This document shows, in pieces, positions 12,961 to 26,059 of a stretch of DNA of 64,000 nt. The notes beneath the pieces were generated by a model. The model worked only from the letters and a program-made list of their open reading frames with translations, was not told the origin of the DNA and made no database searches. The stretch covers positions 116,808,001 to 116,872,000 of the forward strand of contig NC_086103.1 of assembly GCF_963921235.1 (NCBI RefSeq), read 5' to 3'. How positions within the stretch are numbered: position 1 is the stretch's first letter; every line of letters starts with the position of its first letter. The DNA comes from Mobula hypostoma (taxonomy: Eukaryota). A program made the translations under genes and the position numbers.

Positions 12961-15900
12961 ATAGACAATAGACAATAGGTGCAGAAGTAGACCATTTGGC
13001 CCTTCGAGCCTGCACCGCCATTCTGAGATCATGGCTGATCATCTACTATCAATACCCAGTTCCTGCCTTGTCCCCGTAACCTTTGATTCCCCTATCCATA
13101 AGATACCTATCTAGCTCCTTCTTGAAAGCATCCAGAGAATTGGCCTCCACTGCCTTCTGAGGCAGCGCGTTCCACACCTCCCCAACTCTCTGGGAGAAGA
13201 AGTTCCTCCTCAACTCTGTCCTTAATGACCTACCCTTTATTCTTAAACCATGCCCTCTGGTACTGGACTCTCCCAGCATCTGGAACATATTTCCTGCCTC
13301 TATCTTGTCCAATCCCTTAATGATCTTATATGTCTCAATCAGATCCCCCCTCAATCTCCTTAATTCCAGCGTGTACAAGCCCAGTCTCCCTAGCCTCTCT
13401 CCGTAAGACAGTCCGGACATCCCAGGAATTAACCTAGTGAACCTACGCTGCACCTCCTCCACAGCCAGAATGTCCTTCCTTAATCCTGGAGACCAAAACT
13501 GCACACAATACTCCAGGTGTGGTCTCACCAGGGCCCTGTACAAATGCAAAAGGATTTCCTTGCTCTTGTACTCAATTCCCTTTGTAATAAAGGCCAACAT
13601 TCCATTAGCCTTCTTCACTGCCTGCTGCACTTGCTCATTCACCTTCAGAGACTGATGAACAAGTGCTCCTAGATCTCTTTGTATTTCTCCCTTACCTAAC
13701 TCCACACCGTTCAGATAATAATCTGCCTTCCTGTTCTTGCTCCCAAAGTGAATAACCTCACACTTATTCACATTATATACCATCTGCCAAGTTTCTGCCC
13801 ACTCACCCAGCCTATCCAAGTCACCTTGAATTCTCCTAACATCCTCATCACATGTCACACTGCCACCTAGCTTAGTATCATCAGCAAACTTGCTGATGTT
13901 ATTCACAATGCCTTCCTCTAAATCATTGACGTAAATCGTAAACAGCTGTGTCCCAATACCGAGCCGTGTGGCACCCCACTAGTCACCACCTACCATTCCA
14001 AGAAACACCCATTCACTGCTACCCTTTGCTTTCTATCTGCCAACCAGTTTTCTATCCATGTCAATATCCTCCCCCCAATGCCATGAGCTCTGATTTTACC
14101 CACCAATCTCCTATGTGGTACCTTATCAAATGCCTTCTGAAAGTCAAGGTACACCACATCCACTGGATCTCCCACGTCTATCTTCCTGGTTACATCCTTG
14201 AAAAACTCCAATAGATTAATCAAGCATGATTTGCCCTTGGTAAATCCATGCTCGCTCGGCCCAATCCTATCACTGCTATCAAGATATGCCGCTATTTCAT
14301 CTTTAATAAGGGACTCTAGCATCTTCCCCACTACTGATGTTAGGCTAACAGGGCGATAGTTCTCTGTTTTCTCCCTCCCTCCTTTCTTAAAAAGTGGGAT
14401 AACATTAGCCATTCGTCAATCCTCAGGAACTGATCCTGAATCTAAGGAACATTGGAAAATGATCACCAATGCATCCACAATTTACAGAGCCACCTCCTTT
14501 AGTACCCTAGGATGCAGACCATCTGGACCTGGGGATTTGTTAGCCTTCAGTCCCATCAGTCTACTCATCACCGTTTCCTTCCTAATGTCAATCTGTTTCA
14601 GTCCTCTGTTACCCTATGTCCTTGGCCCATCCATACATCTGGGAGATTGCTTGTGTCTTCCCTAGTGAAGACAGATCCAAAGTACTTATTAAATTCGTCT
14701 GCCATTTCTCTGTTTCCCATAACAATTTCTCCCAATTCATTCTTCAAGGGCTCAACATTGTTCTTAACTATCTTCCTTCTCTTCACATACCTAAAAAAAC
14801 TTTTGCTATCCTCCTTTATATTCCTAGTTAGCTTGCGTTCATACCTCATTTTTTCTCCCCGTATAGCCTTTTTAGTTAAGTTCTGTTGCTCCTTAAAAAT
14901 TTCCCAATCATCCATCTTCCCACTCACCTTAGCTCTGTTATACTTCTTTTTTAATGCTATGCTATCTCTGACTTCCTTTGTCAACCAATGTGGCCACTTT
15001 CCCCCCTTTGAATCCTTCCTTCTCCGGGGGATGAACTGATTTTGCACCTTGTGCATTATTCCCAAGAATACCTGCCATTGCTGTTCCACTGTCTTTCCTG
15101 CTAGGATATCCGACCAGTCAACTTTGGCCAGCTCCTCCCTCATGGCTCCATAGTCTCCTTTGTTCAACTGCAATACTGACACTTCTGATCTGCCCTTATC
15201 CCTCTCAACTTGCAGATAAAAACTTATCATATTACGGTCACTACCTCCTAATGGCTCCTTTACTTCAAGATCACTTATCAAATCCTGTCCATTGCACAAC
15301 ACTAAATCCAGAATAGCCTTATCCCTGGTCGGCTCTCGTACAAGCTGCTCCAAAAATGCATCCTGTAGGCACTCTACAAACTCCCTATCCTGGGGTCCAG
15401 TACCAACCTGATTTTCCCAGTTCACCTGCATGTTGAAATCCCCCATAACTACTGCGACATTTCCTTTGCCACATGCCATTGCTAACTCCCTATTCAACTT
15501 GCAGCCAATATCCATGCTACTGTTTGGGGGCCTGTAGATAACACCTATTAGGGTCTTTTTGCCCTTACTGTTCCTCAGTTCTATCCACACTGACTCTACT
15601 TCTCCTGACTCTATGTCCCCCCTTGCAAGGTACTGAATCTTATTCCTCACCAATAGGGCCACCCCACCCCCTCTGCCCACCTTTCTGTCCCTTCGATAGC
15701 ACGTATACCCTTGTACCTTCAATTCCCAGGTCTGATCGCCCTGCAGCCATGTCTCCGTTATCCCAACAACATCCCAACCCATTCGCACCTGAGCTTCAAG
15801 CTCATCCGCCTTATTTCTGACACTTGGTGCATTCAGATATAGAATTTTTAACCCATTTCTCCTCTCTCTGTTTAAATCACAGCCTATTGTGCATAATCCA

Positions 15901-16378
15901 GCTCCCCGAACTCTCACCGGGCTATACGCCCCTTGAATTTTGTTGTCCTTTTTATGTTTACTTGCTCTTTCTGCATACTTAACTCCATGCTCCGTCAGAC
16001 CATCCCTCTGCACATGTATCCTCCTTATCACTCGTTCCGCCTCACCTTTCTCTACTTCACACTTAATATTCCGGAACCATGTAGTCCCCACCTGTCCTCC
16101 ATACTTCATCTCGTTATCCTCTCTCACATTCTGGATCTCTGCCCTCTGCAAATTTAGTTTAAACCCCCCCCCAAGCAGCACTAGCAAACTTTCCTGCAAG
16201 AAAGTTAGTACCTCTTCAGTTCAGGTGCAAACGGTCCCGTCAGAACAGATCCCACCTTCCCTGGAACAAAGCCCAATTATCTAAAAACCTGAAGCCCTCC
16301 CTCCTGCACCATCCTCTCAGCCACATATTGATCTGTATAATCCTTCTGTTCCTCGCCTCACTCACACGTGGCACAAAC
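12961..16378 (-). mobile_element. Young CR1 LINE: ORF1 C-terminus plus nearly complete ORF2 (APE endonuclease + RT) broken into three ORFs
   Basis: ORF 14598-16199 has ITETWL, IYRPP, MGDFN, LDLV; ORF 13990-14412 has YLDFQKAFDKV; ORF 13049-13906 has KFADD; 3' (ATAGACA)n microsatellite tail at 12961. Confidence 0.95.
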
Positions 16379-16960
16379 AATTATAAACAATATAGAAGAC
16401 AAAAAATAGTGGACATCGTGTTGAAACCCGTGGCTCACCTCTAATCTGAAAAAAATCTTCTGACTCCTACCACCAAAGAAATTTTGTAGCCAATTGGTTA
16501 GCTCATACTGGATCCATATGATCTATTTTTCTGGGCCAGCCTATCATTCGAGACCTTGCTGAAGTCAACAGAGACACCAACTACTGTTGGTCAATCATCC
16601 TCTTGGTTACCTCTTCAAAAAAACTCAATCTAATTTGTGAGGTACGATTTCCTGTTGACCTTGCTCTTGGAGTCCCTGCTCCTTGTGGTGACTTGCACAA
16701 TTAACAGCAAGGTTACCTGGAACACTGTTAATAGTTTTTTTAAAAGTGTAAGGCTATATACCAAGCACAGTATATTGCTATTTCAGATTTCCCCATGCTC
16801 ATTTAGTGCATAAATGAGATGCTGTTTGTGCTAATAGATCTATAGAAAGCCATTTAAAACAATTTGTATTACACATGTCAAAAATGGCAAAGACAGACAA
16901 AAACACAGCAGCATTTTACAGGTGAAAGAAAAGGTTATACCAATAAATCTGATGAAAAAT

Positions 16961-17044
16961 AAATAAACCCTCTTAAAAGACAGTCACAAAATAAACCTTC
17001 TTAAAAGAGAGTCACAAAATAAACCTACTTAAAAGAGAGTTACA
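16961..17044. repeat. 28-bp tandem repeat x3 beside the exon 9 donor
   Basis: aaataaacc(c/t)tcttaaaaga(c/g)agtcaca repeated three times. Confidence 0.8.
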
Positions 17045-17065
17045 AAAACAGAGTCTAATACATAC

Positions 17066-17277
17066 CTGTGAACCGTCTGGATTTAATGTGTTCTGCTTGC
17101 AGATGAGCAATGGCCCGATGAGGCCAGAACTGGTGTCCCTCACTACACTGGTGGCTGAATAGTACATCCAAGTCAGGCAGTATGGGTCGTTGACTGTTGG
17201 TCCGACATGCTGTGGCACAGTCCACTTATAGGTGAAGGATGTTCCGGGCTTAACAGATGAACCATTTCTTGCAAAAT
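17066..17277 (-). CDS. HEPHL1: Ferroxidase exon 9
   Basis: SVKPGTSFTYKWTVPQHVGPTVNDPYCLTWMYYSA...SGLIGPLLICK...GSQ; donor CAG|GTATGT; weak AAG acceptor gives a phase-compatible 212 nt. Confidence 0.88.
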
Positions 17278-18226
17278 CTTAACATTTCAATTTAAACAGA
17301 TAAAAAATAGCCTTTTACCACAATTATTTTAAAATTATTATTAGCAGTTTGAATCAGCAAACTATTAATTAGTCTTCTGTTAAGTTCTATATAGCTGATG
17401 CACTTTACTCCAAGAAATACTTCCACTTGAGATAATCCCTTACAAAAAAGACGAGCAGCGGGAAATTCAAAACAGTGTTGCTGGTCTTTTAGATGTTGCG
17501 GGAGACTGAGGAGGAGGAGGGAAGTACTGTGCACAGATGGTGCACGAGTTTTGTCAGATGAATCGCTTTATCACGCACTAACCAATGCTTGTTCTATTGC
17601 CGTGTGTGTAGCCGACTGAGTTTGCAATCAATAAGCAACGCTGATCTCATCCATCACTATATGAAACTCAATGCCCCAACTGACGATCTTGTTGAAATAT
17701 ATATGAATTAAACATATGCGTTAAGATGGAGCGATGGCCCTTCTCACCACTTAACATGCATGTTTAATTCATATGCATTTCAACTAGAAGGCCAACCACA
17801 CCATTCTATCCCCATCAATTCATGAGCACTAACTTTACCCATTTGCCTTCTTATAATATGCCACCCAGGACCTCCAGACTATATTCGTTACATTGACGTC
17901 CAAACCCATTGCTGTCTGTACCTGTTTTAAAAGATACTCTGCAAATGCAAAGAGGGGTGAGGGAGAGGGGGGAGCGGCAACAGTGGGAGGTGGAGGGTGT
18001 ATAATGATGGGGGAGGCGAGGGCAGATGACGGGGCAGGAGGGTGTGGAGGGGGAAGAGAAGAGTAAAGCAATGAAGATTCATTTTGAACTTATGATTGAA
18101 AGGATAAAAAAGGAATTGATATCAAATATTGTTTTTTGTAAACAGTTCAAATGTGTAGTATTCGAAAAACAAACGGGAACATTTCAAGTTAGAAAGCCTG
18201 CAACAGAAAGTGATGCATTACCTTAC

Positions 18227-18358
18227 CATCAGCATATCTTGTTGCATCAAACTCTTTTGTAAAATACACCCCGTGAGGCTGAATGCTGTAGGCCCGATCT
18301 GCATTATTCTTAAAAGTAACGATAATGGTGTCTCCAACTTCAGCTTTAATCACTGGGC
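18227..18358 (-). CDS. HEPHL1: Ferroxidase exon 8 (absent from the ORF track)
   Basis: Hand translation GPVIKAEVGDTIIVTFKNNADRAYSIQPHGVYFTKEFDATRYAD; acceptor gtttttag, donor G|GTAAG; 132 nt, preceded by an 82-bp intron. Confidence 0.9.
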
Positions 18359-18440
18359 CTAAAAACGAATTAAAATATTGTAACCTTGATTGTTTTCAAC
18401 TAGTGAAAACAAGATAGCAAGTGTAAATCATGTGTTGTAC

Positions 18441-18580
18441 CAAGTATTCCTAGATGGTTCTCCTCTGGTAATCGATCTTTTCTGGTGCTAAATGTTCCAT
18501 CAGTATATTCAACATATCGTACTTTCCAGTATTCTCCTCCTATTCGATTGGCATTCTTCTTGAAGAAGATCTCAGAATCA
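18441..18580 (-). CDS. HEPHL1: Ferroxidase exon 7
   Basis: [31 protein letters not shown]...HLGILG; acceptor ttcttttag, donor G|GTACA; 140 nt. Confidence 0.92.
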
Positions 18581-18600
18581 CTAAAAGAAAATATAAACAA

Positions 18601-20284
18601 CATACTTCTATACTTTATTGTCACCAAACAATTGGTACTAGAATGTACAATCATCACAGCAATATTTGATTCTGCACTTCCCACTCCCTGGATTACAAAT
18701 ATTAAATACTAAAAATAGTAAAAATTAGTAAATATTAAAAACTTAATTTATAAATCATAAATAGAAAATAGAAAAATGGAAAGTAAGGTAGTGCAAAAAA
18801 ACCGAGAGGCAGGTCCGGATATTTGGAGGGTACGGCCCAGATCCGGGTCAGGATCCGTTCAGCAGTCTTATCACAGTTGGAAAGAAGCTGTTCCCAAATC
18901 TGGCCGTATGAGTCTTCAAGCTCCTGAGCCTTTTCCCGGAGAGAAGAGGGATGAAAAGTTTGTCGGCTGGGTGGGTCATGTCTTTGATTATCCTGGCAGC
19001 ACTGCTTCAACAGCGTGCGGTGTAAAGTGAGTCCACAGACGGAAGATTGGTTTGTGTGATGTGCTGCGCTGTGGTCACGATCTTCTGCAGCTTCTTTCGG
19101 TCTTGGACAGGACAACTTCCATACCAGGTTGTGATGCACCCTAGAAAAATGCTTTCTACGGTGCATCTATAAAAATTAGTGAGGGTTTTAGAGGACAGGC
19201 CAAATTTCTTTAGTTTTCTCAGGAAGTAAAGGCGCTGGTTGGCCTTCTTGGCAGTGAACTCTGCTTGGTTGGACCAAGTCAGGTCATTTGTGATATTAAA
19301 GCTTTTGATCTGTTCCACTTGCGCACCACCGATGTAAATTGGGTCGTGCGGTCCGCTACTCCTTCTGAAGTCAACAACCAATTCCTTTGTCTTGCTGATT
19401 TTGAGGGATAAGTTATTGTCTTCACACCATGCCACCAGGTTCTTAATTTCCTCTCTGTACTCAAACTCATCATTACCCAAGATACGGCCTACAATTGTTG
19501 TGTCATCAGCAAACTTATATATTGAGTTTGATGGAAACTTGGCTACACAATCATGGGTGTACATTGAGCACAGCAGGGGGCTGAGTACACAGCCTTGTGG
19601 GGCACCAGTGCTCAGAGTGATTGTAGAGGAGAGCTTGTCCCCTATTTTTACAGCCTGGGTCCTGTCTGTGAGGAAGTTGAAGATCCATCTGCAGATCTGA
19701 GTGCTAAGGCCCAGGTTCCAGAGCTTAAGAATCAGTTTATTTGGAATGATGGTATTAAAGGCAGAGCTGTAGTCAATGAAAAAGAGCATATATATATATA
19801 TATATATACATATATATACACCTTACGTATGTGTCTTTATTCTATGGTGTTCTAAGGAGGAATGTAGGGCCAGAGAGATGGCATCTGCCGTTGACCTGTT
19901 GCTCCGGTAGGCGAATTGCAATGCGTCGAGGTTGACCGGTAGGCTGTGGTTGATGTGTGCCATAACCAATCGCTCGAAGCACTTCATAGCAATTGATGTC
20001 AGAGCCACAGGTCGATAGTCATTCAGGCATGCCACCTTGCTCTTCTTCGGCACTGGGATTATCGTTGCCTTCTTAAAACATGAAGGGATCTTAGACTGAA
20101 GCAAGGAGCAATTGAAGATGTCAGCAAATACTCCAGCTAGCTCGCTTGCACAGGCCCGGAGAACCCGTCCCCGGATACCATCTGGGCCCGTCGTCTTCCT
20201 TGGATTTATCTTCAGGAAGGCCCTTCTAAAGTCCTCCTCGGTGACGATGAATCTCGATTCCACCAGGTCCAGTTCATCAAACAT
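18601..20284 (-). mobile_element. Rex1/Babar LINE, 5'-truncated, RT interrupted by (TA)n
   Basis: [42 protein letters not shown]; AATAAA and short tail at about 18601-18620; (TA)n at about 19789-19819. Confidence 0.93.
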
Positions 20285-20559
20285 TAAATAAGTACCAAAA
20301 TTCTGAAGACAGGCTTGATAAGCACAGTTTACTCACAGAGTCCCAAATAATGACAATGTTGTAGATTCATGCTCAGATATACAAGATTTAAGGTTGGACA
20401 AATACATATATTTGTCCAGCCATAAATCATTGACACAGGCTTTTAGGTTGGATATTAATATTTACAAATGCCCTTCAATCAAAAAAAAGAAAAACATTAT
20501 GGCATACAGATATAAAGTTACAAGTGTGAAAACCACCCTTTGCCCTTGGAACTAACCTC

Positions 20560-21860
20560 TTCCCATTGTAAAGGTTAAACAGAAAATCTGTTGAATTATC
20601 AGAGGAACAAAGGAAGACCCTTCAAGCCTGCTCTGCTAACCATGATCTTCTAGCTCAACACTATTTTCCTGCTTAACGCCCACATCCCTCAAATCCTTAA
20701 TATCTAGAAATCTATTGATCTCTGCATTGAATTAATCCAGTAACTAAAATTTCTACATCCCCTTGGGATTGTCACCACCCCCTAGTCAAGTAATTTATCA
20801 TCAACTTATTCCAACCTCCTACAGGGATAACTGTAAGACTAAAACCTCTGGATCAAATCTCCTGAGCTTTGTTGTGATATCTACATATTTTAATACTAAA
20901 TTATTTTTGCTGGCTTTCCTTTGAATCATCTTCCTTATATCCAGCCCTGAACAACTGTTGTAATTTTGAAAGAAATCATTTGTTTCTTTCCTGAACTCTA
21001 GAGACCATAGAGTTCAATTGAATGTGTTGTATTGGAATTTTCAGAAGGTTTTGGATAAGATGCCACGATGAAGGTTTAGTCTAATCATCCCCCATAATAT
21101 GACAAACCCACTATCACTGGAACCAAGCCTCTGAAACCACTGTTGCATTCCCAATATGGACAGTACAAGAATTACGAGGAAAGGAGACCCAAATTATTCT
21201 CAGTATTACAACTGCAGTCTCTCTAAGACCTGGTATCATTTCAGTTAATCTTCCTTATTCCTGTGTTCAACTCTCTTGTAATGAAGTCCAACTGATCACC
21301 TTCCCTCTTAATCACCCGCAGGACCTGCATGTTGGCTTCAGTGACTTGTGCACAACTCCTTTGGCCATTAACCCAATCACTCACTGTTTTAAAAGTAATT
21401 TGCTCACTTGGTTTATGCGCCAAAGGGGTTGATCTGTTCTTTTCATTCACCGAGCCTGTTCAGATCCTATTGAAGTTTGATGCATTCCTCTTCGTATTTG
21501 CGAGCCCCCAGTTGGCTATGGACAAAGAGATGTGACCCGTGGACCAATGCTGCTAGAACTTAAGCCAGGGCCTGATCAACCCTGTCTGACGTTGAAAGAC
21601 CCGAAACACCCGATGACCCCAGCTTACATCACTGATGATGTGTCCTAGTGCAACCTAGGATATATCTCAGCACAAGTTTTCAGTCCTTGTCAGTGTAACA
21701 CCTCCAACTCCATGTTGACTAAACCTTCTTTGTGGCAACTTATCCCAAACCTTCTGAAAATTCAAATACAAGACATCCACTGCTGCACAGTTATTAATTC
21801 TATTAGCCACATCTTCAAAGAACTCCTTTAGATTAATCCAACATAATATTCTCTAATCCT
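20560..21860 (-). mobile_element. Highly degraded CR1 remnants
   Basis: Scattered CR1-like words (ttggaattttcagaaggttttggataag; EANMQV...DFITRELN). Confidence 0.5.
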
Positions 21861-22389
21861 GTTCAACCCTATTAATCCAACAATGCTGATGAGGTAACTG
21901 AAAACAAAATCATGCTCAAAAAGAGAAAGAAACAAGGATAAATAATTTCGTATACAAAGCAGAATTTAAGGAAAATAAAAGAAGGATTTACTTAAACTTC
22001 TGTAGAGAAATTATAAAAAGAATGGGCTGTATATGTCATTAGCCAATAACACAGATTTACTGTTATTATGTACTTATTTAATGCAAAAATGTCAGCAAAA
22101 TATGATCCTGTGTCTTTTTCGTAGTATTAAAGGGGTTGGTAGCCGGACAACACTAGAAAACCATAAAAGAAACATTTTTCTGTTAGAATACTTAAGCACC
22201 AAAAAAGGTAGATCTATTCTGATACACAAGCCCTCAACTGAAGATAAATAAATTCATACTTATCGTCAAAGATCTGTACAAGGCAAAGCTAATCTATTTC
22301 TTTACAAGGGGGTGAATTATGAAGTCAAAACTGAAGATAAGATTTTCAGCTAGTATTATTAATCATAAGTTGGTTGCTTTTAAAATTAC

Positions 22390-22558
22390 CTTCCTTCTGC
22401 ATCTAGTGGCTGACCATTAAATGAGTTCTTGTTTGTGGGGGCATACTTCCACCTCTCCAGCTCAGCTGCAATGAAGTACCTTCTCTCTTTGCCAGTTAGT
22501 GTAATCTCTGAAACATTGCGGTTACAATCCTGCACCACAAATAATGCGTGCATACCAG
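22390..22558 (-). CDS. HEPHL1: Ferroxidase exon 6
   Basis: AGMHALFVVQDC...RRYFIAAELERWKYAP; acceptor tctttcag, donor AG|GTAAT; 169 nt. Confidence 0.92.
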
Positions 22559-23772
22559 CTGAAAGATAAAAAAAAATATTAAGGCTAGGAAGTGAAAGTT
22601 CAAATTTATGAGGGCACAGCAATTCAAGAAAAAAATATTGAACAGTTTAACATCCCTGCTTCCTTCTCCTAAAGAACTTTTTTCTTGCTGGTAGAGTGGC
22701 TCTGTAACCAAATTATTGTTTTTCATTAAGTTTCAGAAATGATTCAATGAAGTAATGTACCATAGCAATGCCTTGAAACCTGAAGCTAGCCTACCAACCC
22801 AGCTTTTCAAACTGTTCACAGCATTCAATCCAAGGTGGTCTGTGCCAAGAACCATCCGTACCCACTCAACCTAAAGCAGTGCCAAGTCTCCAGAGAACTA
22901 ACTGGATAAAAGTTTTTTAACCTCTCTGGCTCTTACTGAGGTCTTTCCTATAGGGGAAAAAAAAATCAACCCGGATTATCCATCTTACACCAGCAAAAAA
23001 TTAACGGTCACTGGCTTTGTAAGTCAAAAAAAAAATCTCAGAAATGTCTTGGAGCAGCCTAAGGTGCCACCAAAGATTCATCTTACAATCTATTCACAAT
23101 GGGGTGGAGCCTGGGTCATATTCATTGTCCTTCCCCTATAAAAGTGTTTTATACCCTCTCCGGCTCCAAATCTTTATTCCCTTCTTGCAGCAGAACATCC
23201 AGAAAAGTAATGTTTGCAGAACCACTTAGGGTTAGCATTTTCTGCAATTCCATAATAGACATAAACACTTGAAATCCAATAGAAAATATGAGATTAAAAC
23301 CAGTTTTAAATTACTTTAAATATTCTTTTTACAGTCCAGGAGCTAAAATCAGTTTCAGTAGCATGTATCGTTGGAAGTCATCAGTGTAGATATCGATTTG
23401 TGAGAATGGGTAAAATGAATGACAGCATGTTAGCAGCTTGTTTTATATTGATCCTCCATTGTATTTTTGTTGACTTCATAAGAAATAAAGTTGAGAAAAT
23501 CCTCTGTTAACTGCCATTCAATTTGCATTTATTACATCAAGACCTGTGTGTGGACATCTAAAACCAATTTTATACCACCTTTTAGTTTAGATTGAAAGGG
23601 ACACAATTCTAGTATAAGATTTTGTATTAACCACACAAAATGTCACTAGGTCTCAGTGCTAAGAAAATAAATTATAATATAACCTTAATGTAATTTTAAA
23701 TTCAACCATTAAATTCTGCCCAGCATCCCAAGTGAATAATAGTTAAAGTAATTCAGAAAGTTACTTTCTCAC

Positions 23773-24027
23773 CTTTAATATGGTCATTGACTTGGCACCT
23801 TAGTAGCCATATTCCAACATTTCTAGGAAACATTTGCACTGTGGCAAAGGAAGCTGGAAAGAGACTAACAACATCCATTTTGTGCCCTCTGTTAATGAAA
23901 GTCTGGCCGTGGAAATACACCGAGTGAACATCAGCTTCATTTCCAATTGAAAACAAGTGCCAGGAAATAGACTGACCTCTGCACATGTTCAGGCCAGGTA
24001 ACTTTCCAAACACATAGCCATTGATCG
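23773..24027 (-). CDS. HEPHL1: Ferroxidase exon 5 (domain-2 type-1 Cu ligands)
   Basis: INGYVFGKLPGL...NEADVHSVYFHGQ...WLLRCQVNDHIK; acceptor ctcctcag, donor G|GTGAG; 255 nt. Confidence 0.93.
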
Positions 24028-25702
24028 CTGAGGAGTCAACGCAAAAATGTAAAGTGAAACATTTTAATTACTAGTGAAAATATTAATGAAAACACTTGTT
24101 CATTGATTCAAACGCCATATTTGTGCTATGATTTTAGGGTATACGAAGTAGGATAAGAGCAAGTTATAGCAGAGGTGAAGATTAGAACATAAAGCCTGGA
24201 ACAGAAAATGCAGCAGGAATTTATCTGCAGGCACGTCGTACTGCAATGACAATCTATTCTGCAGAAGGATCTTGAGACCATATGGGAGCAGACATTTTTA
24301 CATGGTATCCTGCACTATAGAGAGCCTGCATTTGAAATTCAACAGAATAAAAATGCATAAGCAGACTGCTACTGGATTTCGTGTCTAACACAACATTCAA
24401 CGGCAATTTCAAACCCAAATGTTTTGCTTTCCCTTAATAATCTCATTAAAGTTGCATATTGTTTAACTCAAATACCAGGTCTTAAAAAAAACAGAAGAAC
24501 TCTGCAGAAAGACTTGTGAATGAGGAGACTGGAAGAGTTAAGGTGTTGACTGAAAAATTGTCAATAGTGGGTAACTCGATAGACCTCTGGTGAGTGCTGA
24601 GAGAGGAATTTAGGGTACCGGTAGCCCACGAATGGAGCTTCAAAACTGGGAGAGTGGCCACGGTGGAAGATCAGTCGTACCATGGACTTAAGTCTCAAGT
24701 TATAACAGTCAACATATCTAAAAATTCACTTAAGAGTGCAATTCAGACAAAAATTAACTCAAAAGGTTAACTCTGAGGAGGTAAGGGGAGAGTAGTAGCA
24801 GCTTGGTCAAGTAATTGCAGAGTTAATGGCCTGCAAAGGTAAAGGTACAGCCTCCGATGGTGAAAGAAGTAGACCAGAGGCCAGACTTGGGGGGATCCAG
24901 AGCTGGTGAAAGCGTGACAATCCAGAACCAGACAGCCAAGTCTCCGGTTAAAAGGTTAAACCACTCACCTCTGAAATAAGGGAGAACGTCCTCTCTTGTG
25001 AATCTTTGAGCTACGGTTATTATGCCATTAACTATATTCAAAGTTACATGGAGTCAAAGGGGCAAAAACTGGGGGTTCAGGCCAAAGATTAGATCAGCAA
25101 TGCCTACATTAAAAGACAGAGCTCAAGAGGCATCTGATTTTCAACACGTATTTGTTACATTCTTAAGTAGAATTTTAAAACTGAGCTGCAAAATCGAACA
25201 GGAACACAGGGCACTAAGAATAGAAAGGTGACAATCTGGAGTGGGAGTTGAGGAGGTTCATATTGATAAGGAAAGAGAGCATTAACAAGTGACTGGAAGG
25301 GGCATGGAAGTGGTCCAGAATTTTTCCTAGTCTGGGTACAAATCCACTCTAAAGTGGATATGTCATCGCCTGAGCTGGATTGGGAAGGATTCAGTGGCAC
25401 AGGACACAGAAAAAGAACAAGAGCCAATATGAAAACTCCCGAAGTTAATCTATGGATTCCATGATGCGATGAAATTATTTCCACAGAGGGTAGAGTCACT
25501 ATGCAAGAGTCACTAATTGGTTGTGTATCCATTACTTGCACTCTGCACTCACATTATTTCATTTTTAATGAAATAAATTAAAATCATATTAGTGGAAAAC
25601 CACTCAAGTCAAGTCACTAGATATTCATCATTGAAATAAGTGATACAAACATCTGCATACAAGTGTGTAAACAAGAAGCAGAAATTCTGATAAAATACAC
25701 AC

Positions 25703-25882
25703 AGTGCATCTTGTTGCTTTCTTGAAAGTCTTCATCATCTTTGTCAACTGTGGATGGCATGCTGCAATACTTATTAATGTTCTCATCTAGATACCAACTC
25801 AGATTTTCATCCACAACGGAGAACATTAAAACAAAATCCTGGTCAACGTCTTTCCGTTCCAGTGTCACCTCATCAAAGGTCC
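25703..25882 (-). CDS. HEPHL1: Ferroxidase exon 4
   Basis: [35 protein letters not shown]...FQESNKMH; acceptor ttttccag, donor T|GTGTGT; 180 nt. Confidence 0.92.
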
Positions 25883-26059
25883 CTGGAAAAGTGTAAACAG
25901 AATAGTGCAGTCAGTGTTATCTGTCAAAGACACAATCCATTTACAGACTATTTGTAATGTAGACCACATACATCAAAGACGTTCACCCATGTACTAGATC
26001 ATTTTTCAGCTTGTATCATTAACATTAATCAGCTCTCCACTGCCCTGAAGGGAACACAT

